From: Callorhinchus milii
Lineage: Eukaryota
Length of the DNA: 64,000 bases
Direction: 5' to 3'
Assembly: GCF_018977255.1 (NCBI RefSeq)
Contig: NW_024704754.1
Coordinates: 14,570,001 to 14,634,000 of the forward strand
Part shown: in pieces, positions 13,181 through 25,885 of the stretch
Layout of the letters: each line of letters opens with the position of its first letter
Position numbering within the stretch: position 1 is the first letter of the stretch
Position numbers and translations under genes: made by a program
Notes under the pieces: generated by a model
What the model was told of the DNA's origin: nothing
The model's input: only the letters and a program-made list of their open reading frames with translations
Databases searched by the model: none

Positions 13181-13753
13181 TGTATTCTCCCCTCCCCGAT
13201 TCCAAACGCAGAGTACCACCTTCATTTGTGGCGTGTCCATGGGTTTGTCTCCGTCATTTTCTACATTGCCTCTCAGTACCGGCCACAGATTTTGAGATGT
13301 GACCTCTCACTCCACTGTTTCCATGGAAAACATCAGAGATTTATTATTTTTAATAACTCTCCAATGGTTCCTGCAGAAACAGTGCTTTGAGAGATCAGGC
13401 AAGCTATGAGCTAAATGCTGAAAGATCATGGAGATTTTTATTGGGTGCCCTTGTGGGAAGGTCAAATGCTAGACATTAGTGACAGTCTAATTTTACAGAA
13501 GGGCTGATCTTGATGTTACTTTATGGTCACTTGGCTGTTGAATTATTACTATTATTAAACACATCTTTAATACTAATTTTGTTGCATGTAGTCACTTGTC
13601 TGGAACAGCAACACTCTTAACAGAAATGTGAAGTGTCTACCCTGGTGAGTTAAATGCTACGCTTTCAGAACCACTTGAGAAGTAGAGACAGAAAAGAAAA
13701 TTGCTCGAAAACTGAAACAGAACCAGTCTTGATCTGTGAAAATTGGGTCGCAC

Positions 13754-13842
13754 CTGAAACATTAACAGATCTTTCTCTTTCAGATGATGATCAAGCTGCT
13801 GTGCAGTCTGCTCTGTTTTCACCTCATGGAAAACAGTCAAAC
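13754..13842 (-). other. candidate internal exon (unverified)
   Basis: cttatcag|89 nt|gtgcga, open in one frame as (G)LTVFHEVKTEQTAQQLDHHLKEKDLLMFQ; no recognised homologue. Confidence 0.2.
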
Positions 13843-14179
13843 CTGATAAGATTTATCATGTGTGGAATATGAACCTGTGCTCCACCCCTCCAATACCATC
13901 AATGCATTATTCAGTTGTGTCACTCTTGCTTCTTCAAACTGAATATTCTGTTGCATTACCTGGATGAGATGTTGAATTGAAGTCCTGTCTGCCTGTTCAG
14001 GTGGTCATTGTTTTGTTTTTTGGGTAGCCATTAATGCTATGGAAAAGAGAAGTTTCTTCTAAAATCCCAGCCAACAACTCTCCACGTTATTTATTCATTC
14101 ATTTCATTCCTTGTGTAAATGACTGCCATTGTTGCTTGCAAAAGGAACCAACACAATGATAGTACTCTCTTGTAAAATA

Positions 14180-14400
14180 CTTTCAAACCTTTCCTCCTTC
14201 AAGGCCGGTCTCAAGACCTTTCTCTTTGACCGTGCCTTCAACTCCCCTCTCGACTCTCTACCCCCTCCTCGTCCCCTCCCTTCCCGCCCCTCACCCTGAC
14301 CATTTCCCCCCTGCTCGGGTCCTGACCCAACTGTACAACGCCTTGAGACGTCCTCCCGACGTGAAAGACGTTCTATAAATGGAATCTTGTTGTTGTTGAT
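14180..14400 (+). mobile_element. L2 LINE 3' end
   Basis: ccttcaaggccggtctcaagacctttctctttgacc (FK..LKT.LF), C-rich UTR, gacgtcctcccgacgtgaaag and (gtt)n. Confidence 0.9.
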
Positions 14401-14659
14401 GTGTTAGAATGCTATAAAGCTGCAAAAATTCATTTTACAAATTTTCACTTTGCTTTCTCACATATTCCTGCATATTGTTGAGTTGGAAAAATCAAAGCTG
14501 AAACTGTTACCAAAACTATAAAAGCATTACTTGTTCTGCCTGTGCCATGCTGGCCAACTGGGAAAAGTAAAACAGTTCCAGGTATTTAATCTCTCAACTC
14601 TAAACTACCTTGTGTCCTTCAACTCAACCCAGTAGTCCAGTACTGAGGGAAGCTTCTTA

Positions 14660-14765
14660 TAATAATAATAATCCTTGCATTTGATATAGCACCTCATTAC
14701 GTCTTCAAGAATTCTCAAAGCACTTCATAGAATATACTGCAAAGTGAATTGACTGTGGGCGAAAC
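14660..14765 (-). mobile_element. tRNA-Ala/Deu SINE 3' stub
   Basis: aataataatccttgcatttgatatagc...gaattgactgtgggcgaaac. Confidence 0.85.
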
Positions 14766-14954
14766 CACTTTACAGGTGGATGACCTTTACACTTATCTTT
14801 AAAGAAATTGAGTGAAGGAGAAGGAAACAATCCAATTGCAAAAAAAAATTGCCTAAAAAGTATTTCTTTGGATTTTCCAATCAATCCATGTTTACTCAAC
14901 CACTTACATTTCTCATCTTTTTGTTACTCAGTTATACTCAGTTATATTCAACCA

Positions 14955-15235
14955 ACTGGACCAGAGAAGATTAAGAAGAGATTCAATTGAAGTCTTCAAA
15001 TTTATGGAAGGGTTCAAGAGTGCTAATAGCGACAGATTATTTCACCTACTGGATGAATCAGCAAGAAGGCTATCAAATCTGAGTCAAATACATCATTCAC
15101 AAGGGAGTTAGATACACACTTGAAGAATGAAAATATAAAAGGGTTTAGGAATGACCGGATAAAGGGTAGTTCCAGTGGCACCAGTAAGCCTGAAGCGACA
15201 AATAGCTTCTTCTGTGCTGTAATCTCTATTTAACT
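14955..15235 (+). mobile_element. CR1 LINE 3' fragment
   Basis: agaagattaagaagagattcaattgaagtcttcaaatttatgg (RRLRGD.IEVFK-like), ttcacaagggagttagatacacac, tail cttctgtgctgtaatctctat. Confidence 0.75.
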
Positions 15236-15920
15236 ATAATTTTTTTGTTATCTGGATACAAAGCATTAGATGTACAATAATGGCTGGTATTATAAAGCCA
15301 CCAAGCTGATTGAATAACTAGGCTCATTAGATTTATGATGGTAGAATGAATTTATAAGTAAAAATTAAAAATTGATTTAATCTGTAGAACAGTGTCTACT
15401 CGTAAGAGGGATGGTTTTAGTTTTAAACACTACACATGCAGCATGATCTTTAACACTAAAGATATAATGTTATGTCAATCTTGGGAGCCACTCCTTATAA
15501 CTATCCTTTTCTACCCCCAAAATAAGTTGTATTTGTTCTTTTTAAAGTACTTACTAACTGTGCATTGCACAGAAGGACTTTATACACATATGCGTTATAT
15601 TGAATTGATTTTGCTTATTCTGGCCAGAAGGCACAACACATTAAATCCTGTCTAATCTAAATAAATGACATTTATCATATTCATCTTTGTGCTTGTCGAT
15701 ACAATTATGAAAATACTGGTCTCCAAGGAGCACAGGGAACAGTTAGTGAGTCCAGCTACAGTCTGGGCTAAACACTGGTGTTCCAATGCACTTAGCAATG
15801 GACCAGTAATTTCAGCTTATTCAGACACCCTCGCTCACTGACAATGATTGAACAGGCAGTTTCAGAAGCTTTCTCAGGCAATGGTTTCTGGATCAGAACA
15901 GTTTTGTCTGTGTTCTGTCT

Positions 15921-15934
15921 TGCCACCTGCTGGT
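15921..15934 (-). promoter_or_regulatory. CTCF-like core motif
   Basis: Minus strand ACCAGCAGGTGGCA fits the CTCF core CCASYAGRKGGCR, in non-repeat context. Confidence 0.4.
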
Positions 15935-16261
15935 AAAGGCAAAGTGTAGCTTTGTTTCCATTGCTCTGCTTCCATGGCTATTAAATTATTCAGTCCTTAG
16001 TTTTTCTCCTCGTAGAAAAAATATGTTCGGAAGCACAACTCTTAAGGGATAATATATAAAAGACAACAAAAAAACTCCTGGGAATTTTGTCCGCACAATA
16101 TTGAGTTGTGATGCATACAGTATATACAGCAACTTTATTTTCATGGGAGAGAAGTAATAACTGGAGCAGTCATGGTTCTCTGTCCAGGTAGAGGAGGCTG
16201 GCCTGATCCAGCAGTGGATCACTCTAAAAAATCATAAAAAGTCATAGACTGGCACAATCAC

Positions 16262-16497
16262 ACTCTGGGGTCCCCAATCCTTGCTCTTGCCAACCTGAGT
16301 CTTAATACTTTCTGGAATTAGGTGAGCAGGATGCATCCCTCCAGGGAGAGAGTGTGCATTGCATTTCAGCGTTCTATCTCTGGGATTTCCATGTGTAGGT
16401 GGGATGCATGAAAATCTCAGCTTGGTTTGGATATTTTGAGCACGGTGATGAGTTTCCACATGTGTCAGATACACACCCGGCTGACCCCAAAAAAACA
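16262..16497 (+). mobile_element. unclassified interspersed repeat 'family X'
   Basis: ctctggggtcccca...cttaatactttctggaattagg...gggatttccatgtgtaggtgggatgcatgaaaatctcag...cacacccggctgaccccaaaaaaa; six copies in the window. Confidence 0.8.
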
Positions 16498-17069
16498 CAC
16501 ACAATCATCACAGCTGGTGACTTTCTTCTGGTCCCTACATACTGGTCCCCTGTGTTACATTCCCCCCAGCTACCACACAGAAATATACAATCCAGAAGGG
16601 ACAGATAACTTTGTTGTTACAGATGGTCCAAATTTCACGCAAAGATTTAATATACATTTTAAGGAAAACTGTGTGTGCTCATCATTTCCCATCTCAGTGC
16701 ATCTCCAGATAGATCGACTACATTTCCCACAGCCCGGTTGCACTATTAACATGCAAAATAATAGGAGAGATCAACTGGCCTGAGGATAGGGCTGAGTGTT
16801 GAACACATGGTGTGTAAAATCATGGATGTTTTCAGCACAGGAAACCATTTGACCTCTGGTGTCTGTGCCACCTCTATGAAAGAGCTATTACTTTAGTCCA
16901 ACTCTTTTCCCTCACACACATTTATACTTTCGTATGTCTAATTTCCAGAAGAGCACGATCCAATACAATCTGTGTGAAAACAAAACACACCCTCCCTTTT
17001 CTTTGGTAATAACCTTTAATTTACGCTCTCTAGATACCAACTCACCAACCAATGAGTGTATATGTTTGC

Positions 17070-17215
17070 ATTTTTTTGGAGGGGTGTCAGTCAGGTGTGT
17101 GAAACTTGTGGAAACCTATCACCGTCCCATCTACACATGGAAATCCCAGAGATAGATTGTTGGAATGGAATGCACACTCTCTCCCTGGAGGGACGCAACC
17201 TGCTTACATAATATA
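17070..17215 (-). mobile_element. family X fragment
   Basis: gtcagtcaggtgtgtgaaacttgtggaaacctatcaccgt...catggaaatcccagagatagattgttggaatggaatgcacactctctccctggaggg. Confidence 0.8.
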
Positions 17216-19344
17216 TGTTTGTAGAAGTGTAGAGCACTAGGAGACTTTACTGCTTGCATCTGAGGGCACCACAACTGACCCGTAGAATAACACTGGTTAA
17301 TGCCATTTTTTCCTTCCCTACAGTGTGGTGGCATTCAGTTGAGAGAGCAGTGGCAGCACCTTTGTTTAATTCTGTTGCTGTAGTGCCATGACAAGGTTAC
17401 GGCATGGCGTAGCTAGGTTTTCATGTTCAGACTAAAGGCAATCCCTCTCAGACCATGTGACAAACCAATCAAAATGGACTGTTGGAAGAAAAGACGACAC
17501 ACAGTAATTGGTTTTCATGTTATAAGGCAGCAGATGGAGTTGCGAGGAGACAATAATAGTCATATCTCAGTCTGTTGTCGCCCACGGTTAAAGGCTTTTT
17601 AAAAACATGTGCAGAAACCCTTCTGAAGCACAACAAGAGAACAATATTCTATATAATATGAACAAGAAAATTGAGCCTTATATTTGGACACGGCCTGCAA
17701 TATATCAGCTTTACTGAAAATAATAGGGATGATTGCAGCTTCTGGAGAGAGTTTGACTGTGTAACATTGACTTTAATTGGCTTAAACTGGAAGTGTTATA
17801 GTTTGGTACACTGCTAACCAAAGGGGGAGAGCCACGTAGCTGAATAACTATTTTGTAAGCAAGCAAGACACAAGGTAAACTATAAGAGGTGCTTATAGAG
17901 TGAAGTGAGGCATTGTGGATCAAGTAAATTATCCATTTACATAGCTGACTATGTACATTGTACATTTCACCTTGCACATCACATTGCACCTACAGTATAA
18001 ACATATTTTATAAGGTCTTGAACATGTTTTTTTCTCTATTTTTATAATGCTTTTGTTTACTTCTCAAAGTTTGTTGGCAGAGGGAATGGCAATATTGTGT
18101 ACCAAACCCATCCACTCATCAGCTCTCCACAAAGGATACATAGGCACAAATCTGTTCTCTATATACCAAATGGCAGAGCCACTATCTGCTATAGAAATAA
18201 ATGTATGATAATGTAAGAGGCCACTTGGCTCATTTTTTTCATGTCGGCGTTTGCTCCTCCAAGAACTCGTCCATCCCAATCCCAATCAACAAATAAGCTT
18301 TACTTTTCAGTTACAAATCATGAGGGTTGGTTATATATTGTAATGTGGAAATGCTGCTTATTCTTCCTGAGCAGAATTGTGAATTTTTACAGAACAATAT
18401 GCATGTTCACTTGTGCCTATGGTGCATGTATGTTCAAATAGATATATACAAATGTGTACAAATGTGCCTACATGTATGTGGTGTATGTGCATATTGGAGG
18501 GGGAACAATAGCATTGTTTGTAACCAGATTTACTGGTGACGCGGTTGCATTTTATTTTTGCTTGTTGAATGCCATACCCACTAATGGTGGCGTAATGCAC
18601 TATTTGGCTCTGACCCAGCTAGCTAATCCCACGACCCAGACAAGTTTAGATTCTCCGAGGTGGCATTGGCTCATCCGCCCTTTATACTAGTAAAAATAAT
18701 CAACTTATTGTTATTCTTCCTGAATCACAGTACCAGTAAAGAATATAGTATTGAGTATCAGTTATAATCCAAATAGCCATGAAGTGAACGATCAATTTCA
18801 GGTGGGGCATTATTGTTGGGCCGGACACTGACAGAAACTTCATTCTCTTTTTGAATAGTGCCATGAGATCTTTATCAGGCAGGCAGGTAATACATTCTTA
18901 GAGTCTATCCTAAACCGTTGATACAGCAGAGATTTGGATCAAGCTAAAGATTCTTGGTAATGCTACAGTTCTACTCACCTATTGCCAATGCTTTCACTTG
19001 GGTTACATATTCACCACATCCACCATGATCAGTGCCCTGCATGTTTATCAGATAATCAAGCTATTTTCTGGAGAATAATCACATTTTAGTTTGAATCACT
19101 TTCAAACTCTGGGCTCTACCCATGTCCAGAAATGCTGCTGTCTGTCAGGAATTCCTGCCGACAACTTGCCACCAGCCGTCTATTATCACAGATCCAATGA
19201 CCAGTGAAGAAGGCAGACAGATGCACGATTCCTGTCTGCTTGGCAAATAGGAATTACAAAATTACTAATTGCTGGAGTCTGTGGCCATTGGGCACAGAGC
19301 TGGCCTTAGATTGCCAGCCTTGCTCTGCAACCATGGCTCAGTAC

Positions 19345-19445
19345 AATATGAATGTAAAAGCAATGGAAAGGCTTCAGTGTAGATTCACTCAGATATTACC
19401 AACAATGAGGGATTTGAGTTACGAAATGCAACTTGAGAAGTTGTG
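19345..19445 (+). mobile_element. CR1 ORF2 fragment
   Basis: KAMERLQCRFTQILPTMRDLSYEMQLEKL resembles CR1 LERVQRRFT.MIPG...LSYEERL. Confidence 0.75.
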
Positions 19446-19459
19446 TCTCTGTTTACAAT

Positions 19460-19855
19460 TGACACAACCTGCTTACCTAATTCCGGAAAGTATTAGGTGC
19501 AGGTTGACAAGAGCCAAGGGTATACGATAGAGAACTGCTGGAGTCCAACCAGCTAAAACCTCATAGCTTGCCATGGATATTGCTATCTGGCAAGCAAGCT
19601 ATCCCACTGCTTGTCCAGCTATGACAATCCTACCTGACAGTGCTTTTGATTGCAGGCTTAACATGGGAGCTGAGTGGGAAGAGTCCATGCTCCCAGTGAC
19701 TGGTCTGCCTTTCCAGGTCCTGCCAATGAGCCAGGATAGGTGTGCTATCATCAGCCCTGGAATACTGTGCACTTACTCAGGAACAGGAACACCAAGACCA
19801 CCACAGAGGGCTGGCTTGATTCCAACAACCTGTTACCAAACATATCACCTTGGAG
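19460..19855 (-). mobile_element. family X fragment
   Basis: cctgcttacctaattccggaaagtattaggtgc...gagccaagg...aacatgggagctgagtgg...ctcccagtgactggtctg, colinear with the 21400-21920 copy. Confidence 0.8.
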
Positions 19856-20149
19856 ACAGTTAAAACAAGGAATGCCTTAAGGAATATTTCAATGTTTGCC
19901 TCAACAATTCCTCACAGAGAATAGTAAAACATTGAAAATCTGTTGGCCCAAAAAGCTGAGAAGCAGAATCAATTGGCTAGTTTAAAAGGGAATAGATAGA
20001 CATTTTTGATATTAAAGTGAATGGAATAAAGGATAAGAAATAGGATTTAAAAATCAGTCATGATCTCGTAAATTTTTGGAACAGATTGAATTTCCCCTTC
20101 AAAACACATAAGCAGACTGAAATGAATCATATCTATGGTGCTTCACATG

Positions 20150-20930
20150 CGTACTGATGACACTTAAATCTACCTCTCTGCTTCCTTCTTGTATTCCTGG
20201 TCCACTGATGTTCTGACTGCATGTCTGTCAGACATAAGTCCTGGATGACCTAAGCTTCCTTCAGCTCAAAATGGATGAAACAGAAGCCATCCTTTTTAGC
20301 TCCTGCCAATACGTTCTTACCTCTGATTATCTCAACCATCCTGGTTGCTCTCCTTGTTTCTTTACATTCAGTCTCTGACAACCATTTTTCTTCATTTTCA
20401 CCACAATTTCATCCCTTTCATCCCTTATCTTACACACAATGTAGAAAAATCCTTATTAGTATATTTTCTAAAGTCTTCCCCATCGGCCTCCCCAACTCTG
20501 CCATCCAAAAGCTCCAATCCATCAACAATTTGTCTGCTCAATTCTTTATCTGCACTCAGCTTTGCCTGTCCATCATCCTATCCTCACCAGACTCCACTGT
20601 ATGTTTCTCTCCGCAGATCGACTTCACGATCTCACCCTCAAGTAAAAATTCCTACTTGCTCTCATTCCTCCCCACGACCACTGTAATCATCTCCCATTTC
20701 ATTCTCTTGATCCACCTTTACTCAGCTAACCAAGGCCTGTTGCACATTCCTCATTCCCTCCAGCCCACCATCGGTAGTTGAGCTTTCCATCTATTATGCC
20801 TTTATTTTCTGCAATTCCTTGGCCTGAAACCCTCTCTATCTGTCTTGAACAGTCTTCTGAAAATTCACATCTTTACCTGTGTCTGCGGTCACCTCTCTCT
20901 CCCTCCTTCTCCCTGCTTGGTGAAATGAAA
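20150..20930 (+). mobile_element. old L2 ORF2 C-terminal region
   Basis: ctgcatgtctgtcagacataagtcctggatg...ttccttcagctc (CLSDI.SWM..NFLQL), GLPNSAIQKLQSINN, LLHIP..LQPTIG. Confidence 0.8.
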
Positions 20931-21399
20931 TTATTGTTGTAACATGCTATGACTCCAATGCAAATGTAGCATCTACAAGGTCTTTGCTCTGGTACAAATG
21001 GGAAGCAAAGGCCAGAGTTATTATCCCAGCTCATTTTGCCCTGCAGGCCACTGGGTGAAGTGCTTTAATTTCCCACATGGTCAGTTTTGCTCCAAGATTT
21101 AAGAATAAGTTTTCATTTTGACAAACAACAGCCCTAGACAAGAGATGCTACGTATCTGCAAAGTCTCTCTGAAAAGTTTTTAAAAAAAGTTTACATTAAA
21201 AAATCTTTTTAATGGGGTAAATTTAAATAATCCACCTTCTGCGATATTTTATTTCTCATTTCTATTATTCCTATTAAACACTGACTGTTCATTTATGAAC
21301 AGGGGTGAAAGTATAAGCCCCCACTTCATCAACTACATTGAGAATTTTATCAGATTGTAGAAAATTAACCTCTATAAAAAGTCTTATTAGATGCTCATT

Positions 21400-21920
21400 G
21401 TTCTTTTTGGTCAGCCAAGTGACTGGAAACCCATCATCATGCTTAGGGGTATCCAAACCAGACTGGATGTTCCACATGTGTATACCATTCATGCATGGAA
21501 ATTTTCCTGTGTCTGAAATAGAATGTACCCCTTGAGGGATACACCCTGCTTACCAAATTCCACAGATGCTTAGGTACCAGTTGGTGAGAGCCAAGGTTTG
21601 GGCACCCCAGAGTATACTTTAGGGGGTAAAGCTTTGCAGTTTGAAAGCATTGCCTGGCAAGCTTGCTGCTGCTTGTTCAGATGGACCACTGTATCCATCA
21701 AGGTTTTCGCTTGCGGGGTCAACATGAGCTGAGTGAAAAAAAACTCTGCTCCCAATGACTGGTCTGCTCCTCCAAATACTGCAGATGAGCCAGGCTGGCT
21801 TGGCTGTCATCAAAAACACCCTTAGTGTATTGGGGTCCTACCTGGCTCAGGAATGGGTCTACTGAGACCAGCACAGAGAGTTGACTTACTTCTGGCATTC
21901 TGTTGCTAAGCGCATCATCT
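21400..21920 (-). mobile_element. family X, longest copy (~510 bp)
   Basis: Runs from tttttggtcagccaagtgactggaaacccatc to ...ctgttgctaagcgcatcatctt and overlaps all other family X copies. Confidence 0.8.
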
Positions 21921-22544
21921 TATTCTCCTGACCAAAGTCTTGAGCTTGTGATCATTTAATGATCGGCAGCCCTGGGTTCCTGGTTAAAAACCTTCATTAC
22001 TAGAGCCTCACCTGCCTAAGATCTAATTGTGCTGCTAACCTATCATGATCTGCATTACTGTTTTACTAGATTTCATTGTCTCTGAACCACAGCATAAAAA
22101 GTTAAACAAAAAAAAGTTTCAATGAACTATTCGATATAAAGCATATTATAAAGAACAAATAGCTGTCAGTGAGTTTAAGGCACTAATTAAATGGAGGCTT
22201 CTGCTGACATTCATAAAGTGCTCTAGCTTGCTCCCACAGTTTAGGAGGTCATCAGAACCCTTCAATTGAATTACTGCCTTTAACTCATTGCCAGCTATCT
22301 ATTACTGGAATTATAAATAAAGTCGCTGGGGCCACGAGGAAGTCAGGATCGCGAGGACAGTGAGGCAAAACACTGTAGAATAATCACATACGGGAATGAA
22401 GACGTGAGATTTATCTGATGGACATGCAAGATTAACCCTTTAATTCAAATATTGCATTGTGGTGTAGACATACGCTTCTGTGGATTTCTCCCCTCTCCCT
22501 CCCTCCTCAGTTCCTTTCCCAGAGGTATATGACTCCTTTTTTAG

Positions 22545-22720
22545 CTTCTCCAGTACCTTCACCAAAATTCAAGTCTTTGTTTTGACAGTGAGTGTCAGCA
22601 GGCTATTCAAATGTGGGAGACAAATTAAAAGACGAGTTCAATCCTGTCCTCACCTGACATTCATACACACAAAACTCCCCATAGAAGATCTCTTGATAGA
22701 GAACAACCCTAGCTGTTTTT
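22545..22720 (-). mobile_element. AmnSINE2-like SINE 3' body
   Basis: Minus strand gtcaggtgaggacaggattgaactcg...gaatagcctgctgacactcactgtc...ggtgaaggtactggagaa. Confidence 0.6.
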
Positions 22721-24825
22721 TTGTCTCTCCAAAGAAGTCTGTTGAAGTTTGACATGATGGGCTGAATGGGCTCAGTTTGTGCTGTAAAATGTTATGATTC
22801 CATATTTCTTACTGAATTTTGTTTTTCTATAAGTGATGGATGCCAATGCTGGAATGGAACACTGCTCCCACTTGTACCATATAGCATATTTATAGATATT
22901 TATACTTATTGAACACAGTTTTGATGGGCACAAATCTCTTCCCTGTGAGAAGCACTAACCCTCCCCTCCCCACCCCTGAGACTCTAGGACTAGAGATATT
23001 TCAGCTGATAGATGGCACCTAAAGCTTTTTTGCTCCTGATAAAACAGGTCTCCTTTAAAAGTTTCGTAAATGAACCAAATTCTCCTTGAACGACTGCATC
23101 TGCTCATTGTTTTGGTCCAGCGCAGCTGACGATAAGAATTAAACTTTTAATTTAAATAGGCAAATTTTGTTCCAGATACTCTTTTTTAAATTAATAAAAA
23201 TGCAGCATTCATTTCGCCGAGAAAATACATGAAATTTGACAAAAATCTACCCTCCAGACCTAGAATATTTTTGTTCAAGACAGTTTTGTGAATCACTAAC
23301 GAACCCTGAAAGTGTTTCGAGAAAAAGCCCTGTCCAAACACGATATTCTCCAGCAGGAGATATTAGCTGTAGCAGTGAAAGCCTTTATGATGCCTACGTA
23401 CAGACCAACCAAGAGGCAGCAGGTTAAGGGTCATTATGTTTTGTCTTTAGAATTAAGATGGCTGTCGTAAGCTTTACAGTGTGCTCTTAATTCTGAAGAC
23501 ACGTCTTAATAACCTCTAAATAATTCCAACAAAAGACCCATGTCAAAGGAGTCAGCAGGCCCTTAGGTGTTTCAACTGTAGTGTTTTCATCTGCCTTTAT
23601 TGCTCAATTCCTCTCCTGAATTAAGGCAATAACCTGTGATAAATTATTCAGCGACTGCTACAGGGATCAAAGCAAAATTATTCCATTAAAATGCTGTTCG
23701 TAACATTTGGTGCTTAGTGCAAAAACTTCAAATGAATAAATGTTGAAAATCAAGGATTTAAATAATTAAATATAACGGAGCTTTATAGATAAACCGGACG
23801 AACATGTTGCTATTTGTGAGTACAGATCATTACTGATAAGAGTCTCGCTCGCTCTGTATCCTCCAAATTTAAGTGTCCTTTAATTTTAAGCCTACTATCC
23901 ACTCCAGTACATTTTTATTTGTCCAAATAGTTTGAATTCAAATGAACACTGTCACACATGAGGTAACTTTTTAAAACGCTGCGCTTTCCATTTGAATGTG
24001 TTTATTATGAATCATTTATGGCATCTTGACCAGGGAATCAATTTTAAATGCTGCGCAAGTAGTCCAAATAATTGTTTCGTGTTTATTGTTGCCGCAGCTC
24101 TGGCAATGGTATCACTCCAACCTGTGCAGTCGGTGTTTGTTCAGGGGCTGCTCTCTCCGCAGAGGACAGATTTGCACTTTACCCCCTGACTGTGCAGGCC
24201 TTGCTGCTCTCAGGCTAACGACAGACTGGTGAGCATTCTAAAACGATGAAATCAAACGGACTGATGGGATCTCTTTATCTGTACCTCACTTGTGAGCTTG
24301 GGAATATCCACTTTGACAGGTGAGAGCAGGCTCTGACAAGGAGATGCTAGAAGCGAGAAGCACCAGTCTTAGATTCCCCACTCAGTTGAAGAACCGAGTG
24401 GAGAGAGGATGAAGCTGATGAGCACAGACTGATTTGTTTAGAAGAACGTGTGTTTCTCTCAATAATCTTGTTTTTGGAGTTTCCACCACCAATGGGCTTG
24501 TTGAAAGTAGGAATTGAAGGCAATCACATTACGGTCCAATTGATTGTGAAGACAAGTTATAGATGAAGGAACCTGCTCTCGTCTTTCTCCCCTTTTCAAG
24601 CACTAGAGTATCAGCCAAGGGGATGGTTTGAATTGTATCATGTTTGAGACAAGCACCTGTATAAGCGGTAAGATACAAACACTTAGCTAGTTCAAATCCC
24701 ACTGAGACAAATCTACCTGGATTTGTGTTGTGGTCTTTCACTGGTCCTGAAACATTTTGTTTTATTGTTTATTTTGCAACAGAAGCCAATAAAATAATTC
24801 AGATGGCTATTAAATATTAAAAGTA

Positions 24826-25240
24826 TCAGCCTGGCTCAGTTGGCCGTATTCTCCATCTAAGTCAGTGGTTAAAGCCTCACACAGGGGACTTTGAATTCCC
24901 TGTCTAGGGAATACTCTATACTATGATACAGGTTTAGGGGAACACTGCATTGTCAGAAATCGCATCCTTCAGATGAGATAATAAACTAAGATCCCATCTG
25001 TGTTGAAATTAAAGACCTCATGGAACTATTTGAAAAGAGAAGGGAGTTTCTCCCGGTTTCACTGTCAACAATCCTCCAGATAAAATTGGTCATTTCACTC
25101 CATGGCTATTTGTGGAACACTGCTCTGTGCAAATTGGCTGTGATGTCCGCCTACAAATGCGCAGTCACAGCAATTTACATTAACTCCCATGAAGCGCCTC
25201 CCGATGTGAAAGGCGTTATATCAAAGACAAGGATTATTAT
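24826..25240 (+). mobile_element. SacSINE1-like DeuSINE, near full length
   Basis: cagcctggctcagttgg head; cttcagatgagataataaac...catggaactatttgaaaagagaagggagtttctcccgg; Deu gctatttgtggaacactgctctgtgcaaattggctg; (tta)n tail. Confidence 0.85.
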
Positions 25241-25885
25241 TTCACAGAAATTCACAGTGCAGAGATCGGAAACATTTTAGTATTCTTTATTTATGTAATA
25301 CGTCATTTTGATGTAAAGTTGCAGGACAGTTTATATTACAGAGGGCCAATAAATGCTCACGGTTACTTTGCTACAGTATTTCTGATCCAATTCATAATAT
25401 GGAATTAGATAAATGGGTGTTTCAAAACAGCGGCAAAATCCATCCAATGTAAGTGGAAGACTGAAAAAGTTTATACTGTGGAGCAGTCCAGAAGTGGTAT
25501 CTTTCATACCTAGGAGGGAGTGGATTGTTGGTTCAAGTCCCACTATGAGCTGCTGTAAAGCTCCGTCAGTATGCCATACTTGCTTGAGGATGAGCCACTG
25601 ATGGGACCAAGGCAGCCCAGCAGCATTGTATCTCTGGTCATCTGTTTAGAGAATAGCTTTGAAACCAGATGAGCAAGTTCAGGGGCCAGATCAGATCAAG
25701 CTCTCCTTCAAAATCCATTTCAGCCTGAGAGAATAAACCTGGGGGAAACGCTCTGAGAGGGGAAAACTGAGAAGAATAAAGACGGTGAGGGGAATTAGCT
25801 TAATATTAATGCACTTTACATTGAAAAACATGGACTGCTCTTAATCATTGATGAATGGTGCGTTGCAATTCTCGGGAACTTTTAC

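Noticed and set aside
20275-20781. Longest ORF (168 aa) as a host gene
   Set aside because: It overlaps decayed L2 ORF2 sequence and switches in and out of the L2 frame.
24098-24228. Plus-strand AG/GT-bounded segment (ccgcag...gtgagc)
   Set aside because: The only frame open throughout gives an unrecognisable Cys/Arg-rich peptide, which is insufficient support.
24414-24460. Hammerhead ribozyme core (CTGATGA), here and at other CTGANGA sites
   Set aside because: None of the sites I inspected is followed by a stem II and GAAA in the required geometry.
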